The notes beneath the pieces are model-generated. The model saw only the letters and a program-made list of their open reading frames with translations. It made no database searches and was not told the origin of the DNA. Of a stretch of 26,024 bases of DNA, positions 1 to 7,159 are shown one piece after another. The translations under genes were made by a program, and so were the position numbers. The first letter of the stretch is position 1. Each line of letters begins with the position of its first letter. The DNA is from a virus (taxonomy: Duplodnaviria; Caudoviricetes): IMG/VR virus record IMGVR_UViG_3300030059_002474, positions 1 to 26,024 of that record; one strand, 5' to 3'.

Positions 1-134
1 CAGAATTAAACGCAACCAGCCAAGCCTACCTAAACAGCACCGATTGGTACATCACTCGTCATGCAGAAACAGCAGAAGCAGTGCCAGAAGCGATAACTTT
101 AGCTAGGGCAACCGCTAGGTCAGCTATCATTTAA
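1..134 (+). CDS. 3' end of a probable tail fibre assembly/chaperone-like protein (5' truncated)
   Basis: The frame from base 3 reads ELNATSQAYLNSTDWYITRHAETAEAVPEAITLARATARSAII*. The YLxSTDWYxxR...P...R..AR pattern resembles tail-fibre-associated small proteins. Confidence 0.55.
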   Translation, partial: ELNATSQAYLNSTDWYITRHAETAEAVPEAITLARATARSAII

Positions 135-148
135 TAAGGAGAATAATT

Positions 149-229
149 ATGCCACAAGGCAAAGGTACATACGGCTCAACTAAGGGCCGTCCCCCAGCAA
201 AACCTACAAAGAAACCAAAGAAGAAGTAG
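149..229 (+). CDS. 26-aa basic peptide (not in ORF track)
   Basis: AAGGAG SD at 136-141 and ATG at 149 give MPQGKGTYGSTKGRPPAKPTKKPKKK*. The ORF fills the gap exactly up to the next ATG at 230. Confidence 0.8.
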   Translation: MPQGKGTYGSTKGRPPAKPTKKPKKK

Positions 230-457
230 ATGTGGTCAATAATATTGGCAACAATGTTATCTAATTCTGAACCTCAAGTCCCTATAATAGTATCCAGCTA
301 CAACTCGCTTGATAGCTGTAGATATGAATTGTTACGAATAGGTAAGATGAGAGGTTACAGTTTAGTAACTAGCCCAATGGTTGGGTACTCAGTAGTAAAA
401 GTAGAAGACAACAAAACTTCTACGGCTTTTTGTGTTAGAAACATGCAGTCTATTTAA
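230..457 (+). CDS. hypothetical protein, hydrophobic N-terminus
   Basis: 75-aa ORF abutting the upstream stop, with two Cys. Confidence 0.65.
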   Translation: MWSIILATMLSNSEPQVPIIVSSYNSLDSCRYELLRIGKMRGYSLVTSPMVGYSVVKVEDNKTSTAFCVRNMQSI

Positions 458-458
458 A

Positions 459-638
459 GTGTGGTCTAGCCCAACAGGGCTTCCTTTAGTACACCAAAGC
501 ACTTCCCTTCTCCCAGAGGGGAAGGCTCTCCTGATAGAGCCAGTGGTGGCAGAGAAGCCAATCGAATATCTAGTAGTACAACCATCAAAAGAACCCTACG
601 AAACCCAAGAATATAGCAGGAGGTATTGGCTATGCTAA
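459..638 (+). CDS. hypothetical protein (start uncertain: GTG 459 or TTG 432)
   Basis: Open frame filling the gap between two tightly packed genes; no clear SD. Confidence 0.45.
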   Translation: MWSSPTGLPLVHQSTSLLPEGKALLIEPVVAEKPIEYLVVQPSKEPYETQEYSRRYWLC

Positions 639-1078
639 TGGAAATTGCCGCTGCAAATGCTGTCTGGAAGACACTATCGACAGCTCTATCGCATGGACGC
701 TCATTGTGGGATTTAGGAGCAGAAGTAAATGACTACCTAAGCGCAACTCAGACTGTAAAAGAAAAAGCTGGAGATGCCAGCAGCCGAGGGACTCCACTAG
801 AATGCTTCCAATATAACGAGCAGCTACGAATCCAGCGTGAAACGCTAGAACACCACTTAAAAAAATCGAGACTAAATGGCTGGAGTGATTTTGTAAAATT
901 CGAAGCAGAGTGGCACAGAGAGCGTAGGGAAGCAGAACAGGAAAAAATCAACGCTAAGATTAGGCGAAACAACAAACTACAATCGGATATTGCGTTAGCA
1001 ATAAACATAGGCATCTGCTTAGTTGTAGGAATGGGAATATTGTTTGGAATAGCAATCTACATAAAGGGTATCACATGA
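626..1078 (+). CDS. hypothetical membrane-anchored protein (coiled coil plus C-terminal TM helix)
   Basis: AGGAGG lies upstream (start 626 or 632). C-terminal hydrophobic segment IALAINIGICLVVGMGILFGIAIYI. Confidence 0.8.
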   Translation: MAMLMEIAAANAVWKTLSTALSHGRSLWDLGAEVNDYLSATQTVKEKAGDASSRGTPLECFQYNEQLRIQRETLEHHLKKSRLNGWSDFVKFEAEWHRERREAEQEKINAKIRRNNKLQSDIALAINIGICLVVGMGILFGIAIYIKGIT

Positions 1079-1302
1079 ATTCCATGTCGGAATATGACGC
1101 TGGTAGGTTTGTGACACTCGTTGAGACACTAACCACCCAAGTCAAATCTTTAAACGAAACCACAGTAATCTTATCCAACCGCATTAACGACCTAGAAAAA
1201 CAGTTAGTCAAAGGCAAGGGATTCCTTGCTGGAGCTATGCTTCTTTCAATTGGTCTTGGTGGTGTTGGTACATCAGTCCTGTCCAGATGGATGGGAACTT
1301 AA
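1075..1302 (+). CDS. small coiled-coil protein with C-terminal TM helix, possible lysis accessory
   Basis: ATGA overlap, heptad-like N-terminal half, hydrophobic C-terminus, adjacent to the holin. Confidence 0.7.
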   Translation: MNSMSEYDAGRFVTLVETLTTQVKSLNETTVILSNRINDLEKQLVKGKGFLAGAMLLSIGLGGVGTSVLSRWMGT

Positions 1303-1320
1303 CAAGCCAGGATTTATTAT

Positions 1321-1716
1321 ATGTCATCTCTCAACCCCTTTGCGGGGATTGCAGGGAGTGTAATGGATGGCCTTGATGATTTATTCACTTCAGATGAAGA
1401 GCGAGCAAATGCTCGTTTGAAGCTGACAGAACAACTCCAAAAACCTCACAACTTACAAGCGATGGCAAACATCGAAGGTGCAAAACATAGCTCCGTGTTC
1501 GTTGCAGGTTGGAGGCCAGCAATTGGATGGGTATGCGCTATTGGTTTGTTTTACCAGTTCCTTATCCTTCCATTTGCTGGACTCATTAACGCCTACTTTG
1601 CACTACCCGCAGAACTTCCTGCAATCGCATCCGCAGAACTCACAACACTCGTAATGTCTCTCCTAGGTCTAGGCGGTTTACGCTCCTATGAGAAAACAAA
1701 AGGACTAACTAAATGA
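1321..1716 (+). CDS. holin (GTA-type 3TM holin family)
   Basis: Family motifs DDLFTSDEER, FVAGWRPAIGWVC and LLGLGGLRSYEK; located directly before TerS. Confidence 0.8.
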   Translation: MSSLNPFAGIAGSVMDGLDDLFTSDEERANARLKLTEQLQKPHNLQAMANIEGAKHSSVFVAGWRPAIGWVCAIGLFYQFLILPFAGLINAYFALPAELPAIASAELTTLVMSLLGLGGLRSYEKTKGLTK

Positions 1717-1943
1717 ACACTCAGCGTTTAGACCAAATCATGGCTGACCTTCATGAAGAATTAGCCACCCAGTTACTTGGACAAGTCCAAACTGGTGAAG
1801 CTACCGCTAGTATCTTCAATGTAGCTCGTCAGTTTCTTAAAGATAACGGCATAGACGGAGTACCGACTCAAGGTAACCCTCTGGACAATCTTATACACGC
1901 TCTTCCCGACTTTGATGAAGACGAACTACCACTAAATCACTAG
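1713..1943 (+). CDS. terminase small subunit (T7 gp18-like)
   Basis: 76 aa with the ATAS.FNVARQFLKDNGID motif, immediately upstream of TerL. Confidence 0.85.
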   Translation: MNTQRLDQIMADLHEELATQLLGQVQTGEATASIFNVARQFLKDNGIDGVPTQGNPLDNLIHALPDFDEDELPLNH

Positions 1944-1950
1944 GTAACTC

Positions 1951-3615
1951 ATGGCTAAACCCACTACTACGTTGGTAGCAAATGACCCCATCACGAAAGA
2001 CTTCAGAAAGTTCCTATACATCGTTTGGAAGACCCTCAATTTACCAGACCCAACACCCATTCAATACGACATGGGTAACTATCTTCAGGTAGGCCCAAGG
2101 CGTTGTGTCATTGAAGCCTTTCGTGGGGTAGGTAAGTCATGGATAACCTCCGCATACGTGGTGTGGCTCCTGTATTGTGACCCTCAACACAAGATTCTGG
2201 TGGTGTCTGCATCTAAAGAACGTGCAGATGCTTTCTCAACCTTTACCAAGCGTCTTATCAATGAGATTGAGCTACTTTCACACCTTCGTACCAAGAATGG
2301 TCAGCGTGATTCAGTCATCGCATTTGATGTTGGCCCTGCCATGCCTGACCACTCTCCTTCAGTTAAATCTGTAGGTATCTCAGGGCAGCTTACAGGCTCC
2401 CGTGCTAACACAATAATTGCTGATGACGTGGAAGTTACAAACAACTCTGCAACCCAGACCATGCGTGACAAATTGTCTGAAGCAATCAAAGAATTTGATG
2501 CTATTTTAAAGCCCAATGGACGTGTTATTTACCTAGGTACACCTCAGACTGAAATGTCCATCTACAACCTGCTACCAGAAAGGGGCTACGAGATACGTAT
2601 ATGGCCTTCTCGCTACCCTACGGACAAACAATCTACAATGTATCAAGGAAGATTAGCACCCTTCATAGAGCTTCACAGAACCTCTCAGGAGGGGTTACCT
2701 ACAGAGCCTGATAGATTCACTAAGGTTGATTTAATGGAGCGTGAGGCATCCTATGGAAAGGCAGGTTTTGCTCTGCAATTCATGCTGGACACTACGCTAT
2801 CTGATGCTGATAAGTACCCATTAAAACTCAGTGACCTATGTGTCGCTGCACTCAATCCTAGGAAGGGTTGGGCTGACTTAGCGTGGGCTTCTGGCCCTGC
2901 TCAGATTGTCCAAGAAGTTCCTGTTGTGGGCTTCACTGGTGACAAGTTCTACAGGCCCATGTGGTTCTCTGACGAGATGTATGAGTTCACTGGTGCTGTC
3001 CTTGCCATAGACCCTTCAGGTCGTGGTAAAGACGAGACAGCCTATGCTGTTGTGAAGATGTTAAATGGTTACCTATACGCTTCCCAATGTGGTGGCTTTA
3101 AGGGTGGCTATGATGACCTTACTCTACAAAAGCTTGCCAACCTTGCGAAGATTGAGAAGGTCAACATGATTGTGGTGGAGAGTAACTTCGGTGACGGAAT
3201 GTTCTCCAAGCTACTAGCACCATTTATCAATAAGACTTACCCAGTGTCCATAGAAGAAGTCAGACATAACACACAGAAAGAAGTCCGTATCATTGATACG
3301 CTTGAACCTGTGATGATGCAGCACCGACTTATCATTGATGAGAAGCTGATTAAGGAAGACTACGACAGCGCACCAGAACCTTCATATAGCCTCTTCTATC
3401 AGATGACTAGGCTGACTAAAGATAGAGGTGCAATTGTCCATGATGACCGATTAGAAGCCCTATCAATGGCAGTTAATTACTGGACTGAACAGATGGATAC
3501 TGATGCTGAATCTATGGCTGCTGAACAGAAGCTTGAGGCTTTTAATGGAGAGATTCAGAGGTTCATTGACAGTGCTACAGGTGTCTATAAAAGTGCGGGT
3601 GATAGATGGTTTTAA
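1951..3615 (+). CDS. terL: terminase large subunit (T7 gp19-like)
   Basis: Walker A AFRGVGKS, Walker B IIADDVE, GTPQ coupling motif, nuclease motifs IDPSGRGKDE and HDDRL. Confidence 0.97.
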   Translation: MAKPTTTLVANDPITKDFRKFLYIVWKTLNLPDPTPIQYDMGNYLQVGPRRCVIEAFRGVGKSWITSAYVVWLLYCDPQHKILVVSASKERADAFSTFTKRLINEIELLSHLRTKNGQRDSVIAFDVGPAMPDHSPSVKSVGISGQLTGSRANTIIADDVEVTNNSATQTMRDKLSEAIKEFDAILKPNGRVIYLGTPQTEMSIYNLLPERGYEIRIWPSRYPTDKQSTMYQGRLAPFIELHRTSQEGLPTEPDRFTKVDLMEREASYGKAGFALQFMLDTTLSDADKYPLKLSDLCVAALNPRKGWADLAWASGPAQIVQEVPVVGFTGDKFYRPMWFSDEMYEFTGAVLAIDPSGRGKDETAYAVVKMLNGYLYASQCGGFKGGYDDLTLQKLANLAKIEKVNMIVVESNFGDGMFSKLLAPFINKTYPVSIEEVRHNTQKEVRIIDTLEPVMMQHRLIIDEKLIKEDYDSAPEPSYSLFYQMTRLTKDRGAIVHDDRLEALSMAVNYWTEQMDTDAESMAAEQKLEAFNGEIQRFIDSATGVYKSAGDRWF

Positions 3616-3620
3616 ATGCC

Positions 3621-3643
3621 AATAATATAATTGCATTATAGGG
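3621..3643 (+). promoter_or_regulatory. phage RNAP promoter (phiOR-like position)
   Basis: AATAATATAATTGCATTATAGGG is one of five intergenic copies of the motif and ends in a T7-like TATAGGG. Confidence 0.8.
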
Positions 3644-3662
3644 ATGACAGATATAAGCAACA

Positions 3663-3680
3663 CCTATAGATAACTATAGG
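3663..3680. other. perfect inverted repeat downstream of the right-end promoter
   Basis: CCTATAG-ATAA-CTATAGG. Confidence 0.5.
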
Positions 3681-4012
3681 GTAGCTTGCTCTTGACCCAT
3701 ACATCATGACCATCAGTTTATAACTAATAAGACTACTTACAGGTGACTAATGTAAGGAATAGCTCAAAGACAATGGTAAGCTAACCAAAGGGTCAGTCCA
3801 ACTAATGACTCTACTTGGCCACGGGGTTCTCCAGAACTTCGTTGGTCATACCTTTCTATTTCTATTGGTTTTCTGAAGGTTCTCTGGGAATAATTTGTCA
3901 CAAAAATCTGTGCCGCTATATCGGATAAGGACAAAAGCGTTTACCCCCGTGGCCCACCCGACACAGGCCCGATTGGCAAAATGTGGGGGCGGGGGGTCGT
4001 CTTGTTTAATCC

Positions 4013-4032
4013 TTGCACGATACTTTGCACGA
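4013..4032 (-). repeat. tandem pair of integrase arm-type motifs (12-bp period)
   Basis: The minus strand reads TCGTGCAAAGTA-TCGTGCAA, the same motif and period as the pairs flanking attP. Confidence 0.7.
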
Positions 4033-4062
4033 CCGCCTGTATGCCCCTATTTATAGCCCTGA

Positions 4063-4084
4063 CCGAGAGGTATATCAGCTCTTC
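4063..4084. other. putative second integrase core site
   Basis: CCGAGAGG-TATATCA-GCTCTTC. The left arm is the exact reverse complement of the attP right arm CCTCTCGG (9232-9239), and the spacer is 7 bp. Confidence 0.6.
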
Positions 4085-4195
4085 TTTTAATGCATGACGC
4101 GCGGGGCCGTGTTGACCTTCTATTAGCCATTTAGTCAGCCTGTTTTAATTCCAGTAAGAGGGGGCAAAAAGCTGTTTTTGTTTTTTTGACTCCTA

Positions 4196-4215
4196 AAGTT
4201 ACCCAGAGACAACCA
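4196..4215. promoter_or_regulatory. 20-bp operator-like palindrome
   Basis: AAGTTA-CC-CAGA-GA-CAACCA versus consensus TAGTTGYC-N4-GRYAACTA. Confidence 0.55.
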
Positions 4216-4283
4216 AAAGACACCCAGCCGAAACCCATACAAACTGGGCATCTATCATTTATTTTCACTTAAACATCAAATAA

Positions 4284-4334
4284 TAGTTGCACAACGACAA
4301 CTATATATATCTAATAGTTGCCACTCGGTAACTA
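4284..4334. promoter_or_regulatory. two operators flanking and overlapping the putative sigma70 early promoter
   Basis: TAGTTGCACAACGACAACTA (4284-4303) and TAGTTGCCACTCGGTAACTA (4315-4334); TTGCAC(4287)-N17-TCTAAT(4310). Confidence 0.7.
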
Positions 4335-4360
4335 TATCGAGCAACCAAAGAGGCAACACA

Positions 4361-4576
4361 ATGAAAGCTTATACAACCAGAAACCCAGCCGACCAAAGCG
4401 CACTAAATGCAGTCTGTGAGCAGAACTGCCTGTGGCATCACTTCGACAACTTAGACAGTCCTTTAGCTTATGACGCTTGGGACAAGATGGCTAGAAACCT
4501 TCACAAGCTCCCAGATGAAGATTGGACAAAGCTTGAGATTCAGCATGTTCAGCTTCACGGGTATGGCATCTATTAA
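4361..4576 (+). CDS. first early gene, hypothetical
   Basis: GAGG SD, 71 aa, first ORF after the terminal region. Confidence 0.8.
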   Translation: MKAYTTRNPADQSALNAVCEQNCLWHHFDNLDSPLAYDAWDKMARNLHKLPDEDWTKLEIQHVQLHGYGIY

Positions 4577-4579
4577 TAG

Positions 4580-4630
4580 TTGTTTTGGTGTAGCGGCTTT
4601 CATTCCCCGAAGGCTTCTACCACAAACCAA
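4580..4630 (+). promoter_or_regulatory. long imperfect stem, probable RNase III-type processing site
   Basis: TTGTTTTGGTGTAG...CTACCACAAACCAA pairing, directly before an A/C-rich leader and SD, as in T7 early mRNA. Confidence 0.5.
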
Positions 4631-4657
4631 GTAAACCAACCAAAGGAAGTACAGACC

Positions 4658-4837
4658 ATGAAGTATTCAATCCTAAGCAAGTTAACAGATGACCAGCTTC
4701 GTTCACTTAAAGGCGAGCGTCCAACTATCAAAACCCAGCCCCACTATGTTGAAACCCCTGACTATATCGTAGCCCTAGCAGTGATTACTTTTACTGGTCT
4801 TCTAATGGCTATTTGTTTGTCACCTTTATACCTATAA
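4658..4837 (+). CDS. early hypothetical protein with C-terminal TM helix (start revised to ATG 4658)
   Basis: AAGGAAG SD before 4658; reads MKYSILSKL...IVALAVITFTGLLMAICL. Confidence 0.75.
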   Translation: MKYSILSKLTDDQLRSLKGERPTIKTQPHYVETPDYIVALAVITFTGLLMAICLSPLYL

Positions 4838-4850
4838 CCAAGGAATCATT

Positions 4851-5021
4851 ATGACTTATTCAGAATCAGCCGAAGGCATCATCATCACCCAAAAACGGGC
4901 CTTGCAAGAACTGGCTAAACACGGCTTGGACTTGCCTTCTTCCCATGAAGAATTCTTCACCGATATGGGCAACTACTCACACTATGAAGCCTCTGACGTT
5001 TTGTCATGGCTGGGGTATTAA
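4851..5021 (+). CDS. 56-aa early hypothetical protein (not in ORF track)
   Basis: AAGGA SD; MTYSESAEGIIITQKRALQELAKHGLDLPSSHEEFFTDMGNYSHYEASDVLSWLGY*. Confidence 0.8.
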   Translation: MTYSESAEGIIITQKRALQELAKHGLDLPSSHEEFFTDMGNYSHYEASDVLSWLGY

Positions 5022-5023
5022 TT

Positions 5024-5263
5024 ATGAAATATCAAAAGACCTTAAACATCTGGAAGCTAAGTCAAGAAGAGCGCAGGGCTTTACCTGTTGGCCAGTGGAT
5101 AAGAGCAGGGGAAAGCCGTGACCCACACAGTCGCGGGATTTGGTGTGGTGTCAGTCCAAGCGGTTCTGATGTGGCTGTATGGATGGGCAACATCAAGGGC
5201 TTAAAGGGTAAGGCTAGGGAAGCCCACATCAAACGCTTAATGGACTATGCCAAAGGAATCTAA
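5024..5263 (+). CDS. early basic hypothetical protein (start probably 5024)
   Basis: ATG 2 nt after the upstream stop, with GGGG as SD. Confidence 0.75.
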   Translation: MKYQKTLNIWKLSQEERRALPVGQWIRAGESRDPHSRGIWCGVSPSGSDVAVWMGNIKGLKGKAREAHIKRLMDYAKGI

Positions 5264-5305
5264 GGCTTATCAGGTGGCCTTCTAGCGAGGGTCACTGAGT
5301 AAACC
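5264..5305 (+). promoter_or_regulatory. imperfect stem, probable RNase III-type site
   Basis: GGCTTATCAGGTGGCCTT-ctagcg-AGGGTCACTGAGTAAACC, followed by an A/C-rich leader. Confidence 0.5.
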
Positions 5306-5332
5306 AACAACCAACAAACCGAGGTAGTAAAG

Positions 5333-5521
5333 ATGAAAATAATCAAATCAAAGAAGCTTAATACCAGCATCCATCTTTCTGATGATGGGCGCATGTTCAT
5401 GCGTGTTACTGACTACTTTCACAATCTAGGTGAAGGGTGGCTTGAGTACATCGCAGACCAACACCGCATGGAGGGTGTCTCTTCTCAGATGGCCGCAGAA
5501 CTAGATAATCAAGTCCTATAA
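5333..5521 (+). CDS. early hypothetical protein
   Basis: GAGGT SD, 62 aa. Confidence 0.75.
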   Translation: MKIIKSKKLNTSIHLSDDGRMFMRVTDYFHNLGEGWLEYIADQHRMEGVSSQMAAELDNQVL

Positions 5522-5578
5522 ATCACTCAATTCGCCTGGGGGGAATACCACCCACCCAGACAACCAAAAGGAACTATT

Positions 5579-5944
5579 ATGAGCACTACAGACAACAGAT
5601 TAAAAGACCAAGTTTTATCAATCATCAAAGACATTGAAAACGGGATTCCCGTAACCCAGCAAGATATTGATGATGGCTATTACGATGAAGGCCAGTACGA
5701 AGCGGGTGACACCCTTGGAGCTTGGGACTACATCAAAGATGCCTTAGATGTTGAATACACTGTGAGCGGTAAGAAGGACTATCTAGGGGCTAGCATACTG
5801 GTTGCATTCGGTGGCCCTAACATCACCATCAATACCAGAACCCAACAGGTCGCTGGTCATTGGTGGGGTCAATCTTACGTGGAGTCCTACCACACCGATG
5901 AAATGGAATTAGACAGCATGTGCGAGGAGCTTTTTGGTTACTAA
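5579..5944 (+). CDS. acidic early protein; paralogue of 7160..7831
   Basis: AAGGA SD, D/E-rich, YLGASILVAFGGPNITINT core. Confidence 0.85.
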   Translation: MSTTDNRLKDQVLSIIKDIENGIPVTQQDIDDGYYDEGQYEAGDTLGAWDYIKDALDVEYTVSGKKDYLGASILVAFGGPNITINTRTQQVAGHWWGQSYVESYHTDEMELDSMCEELFGY

Positions 5945-5964
5945 TAGTTGCCATAAGACAAAAT
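5945..5964. promoter_or_regulatory. operator-like site
   Basis: TAGTTG-CC-ATAA-GA-CAAAAT. Confidence 0.5.
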
Positions 5965-5968
5965 TAAT

Positions 5969-5992
5969 AAGGGGGCATTTAGCCCCTTTTTT
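5969..5992 (+). terminator. intrinsic terminator ending the early operon
   Basis: GGGGC-ATTTA-GCCCC followed by T6. Confidence 0.85.
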
Positions 5993-6295
5993 GTGGGCCA
6001 TTGTTTTAAGTGTAACTGAGTAAATAACAAGTGTACCTTGACCTCTAAAGGCTCATAAAATCTGCATTAGCTTTTGTCTTTTAAGGTCAATAAAAATCCG
6101 TATTCATGCATTAACACTATCGTATATGAGGACATACACTTGCGTATAAGGTAATTAAATTTGCGTTTAAGGTTTATATGGGTATCTATGAAATGTCCTT
6201 ACAAGTCATTTTTGACGCCTTAAAATCGAAAGTTACACTTACCAAGTGTATTTTATGACCATAGCTGGTGAGTAAAATGGCAAATATTGGCTAAG

Positions 6296-6397
6296 TTACA
6301 AAAAAAGAACAAACTTATTTATAGTTGGAGAAGTGCAGCCTGTCTAGCCTAGCACCTTGTCAAGACCCACTGGCTAGTTTTTTGGTGATTTAATAGT
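6296..6397 (+). repeat. copy 1 of a ~100-bp imperfect direct repeat
   Basis: Ungapped match to 9744-9845 (offset 3448), with an identical 18-mer at 6296-6313 and an identical 27-mer at 6340-6366. Confidence 0.9.
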
Positions 6398-6463
6398 TGA
6401 TTTTATCTGACCAAATGCCTATATTTCAATCAAGTTATCCAGAAACGCACGATAATTTATGTA

Positions 6464-6490
6464 CTGGCTGTATTAACAGTGTTCCATAAT
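6464..6490 (+). promoter_or_regulatory. LexA-type SOS box overlapping a putative sigma70 promoter
   Basis: taCTG-GCTGTATTAA-CAGt (CTG-N10-CAG, 6464-6479); -10-like CATAAT at 6485-6490. Confidence 0.55.
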
Positions 6491-6565
6491 ATTGGTGTCG
6501 TATGGTAATATAAGAGTCAGCCCCAAAAGGGTTGGCTAAGAGAACTCTCATCTGAGGACTTTTAG

Positions 6566-6727
6566 ATGGTTATAGGTATTATTAGTGTAGTGGTGACGAC
6601 AGCTTATTTAGTAGTTAGTCGCAGTGAAATTAACTTAAACAGCCGTGAGTTTTACATTAGGTTAAACGACAGTCACGGGAAGGAAAAGTGGGCATATTAC
6701 AAGTCATGGGATGGTTACCATGATTAG
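6566..6727 (+). CDS. 53-aa protein with hydrophobic N-terminus (not in ORF track)
   Basis: GAGGA SD at 6554-6558; MVIGIISVVVTTAYLVVSRSEINLNSREFYIRLNDSHGKEKWAYYKSWDGYHD*. Confidence 0.65.
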   Translation: MVIGIISVVVTTAYLVVSRSEINLNSREFYIRLNDSHGKEKWAYYKSWDGYHD

Positions 6728-6761
6728 GTTTTAAATGCCCCAAGCTTAGGGGAATGGAATA

Positions 6762-7133
6762 ATGGACAATGCAGATAGCGACTACGGACGCTTTCAAAGG
6801 GTAATGAAGGGTATCAATGACTCACTCAGTGACATTTCAGAAGAAACCGAAGAATTATCAATAGCCCAAATTAGGGTGCTGATATTTGTAATGCGTAGAG
6901 AAAATGTCACGGGTGCTGAAATAGCAAAGGGTTTAAACCTTTCACGCCCTACAGTGAGCCGTTGCCTGTCCACGCTAGATGTTGATGATAAAGCCAGACG
7001 TAAGAACAAACCGCCATTGGGATTTATAAAACTCATTAAGGGCGACTCCACCACCGATACCAGAAGTAAAACTGCGGTGTTGACTGCAAAAGGTAAGAAG
7101 ATGGCCGAGAGAATCGTTGGGTATTTTGGGTAA
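6762..7133 (+). CDS. MarR-like winged-helix regulator, candidate prophage repressor
   Basis: HTH TGAEIAKGLNLSRPTVSRCL and wing DTRSKTAVLTAKGKK; no autopeptidase domain. Confidence 0.85.
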   Translation: MDNADSDYGRFQRVMKGINDSLSDISEETEELSIAQIRVLIFVMRRENVTGAEIAKGLNLSRPTVSRCLSTLDVDDKARRKNKPPLGFIKLIKGDSTTDTRSKTAVLTAKGKKMAERIVGYFG

Positions 7134-7159
7134 TTGAACTGACTAAAGGACTTAGCAAA

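Larger units (their letters stand above)
3919..4170. repeat. inferred direct terminal repeat (single collapsed copy; boundaries approximate)
   Basis: Non-coding, GC-rich block between TerL and the early genes. The AAAAATCTG-N8-...TTACCCCCGTGG pattern resembles, from memory, the start of T7/T3 terminal repeats. It is followed by GCTGTTTTT and a CCTAAAG heptamer. Confidence 0.45.

Noticed and set aside
4186-4214. TTGACT as the -35 of a second early promoter
   Set aside because: No credible -10 at 16-18 bp spacing.
5528-5544. 17-bp exact match CAATTCGCCTGGGGGGA with 22174-22190 inside nrdA
   Set aside because: Single same-strand match with a G-run and no shared context; most likely chance.
6296-6310. 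TTAC-N7-GAAC as an alphaproteobacterial LexA box
   Set aside because: Two mismatches in one half-site, and a better gamma/beta-type box exists at 6464.
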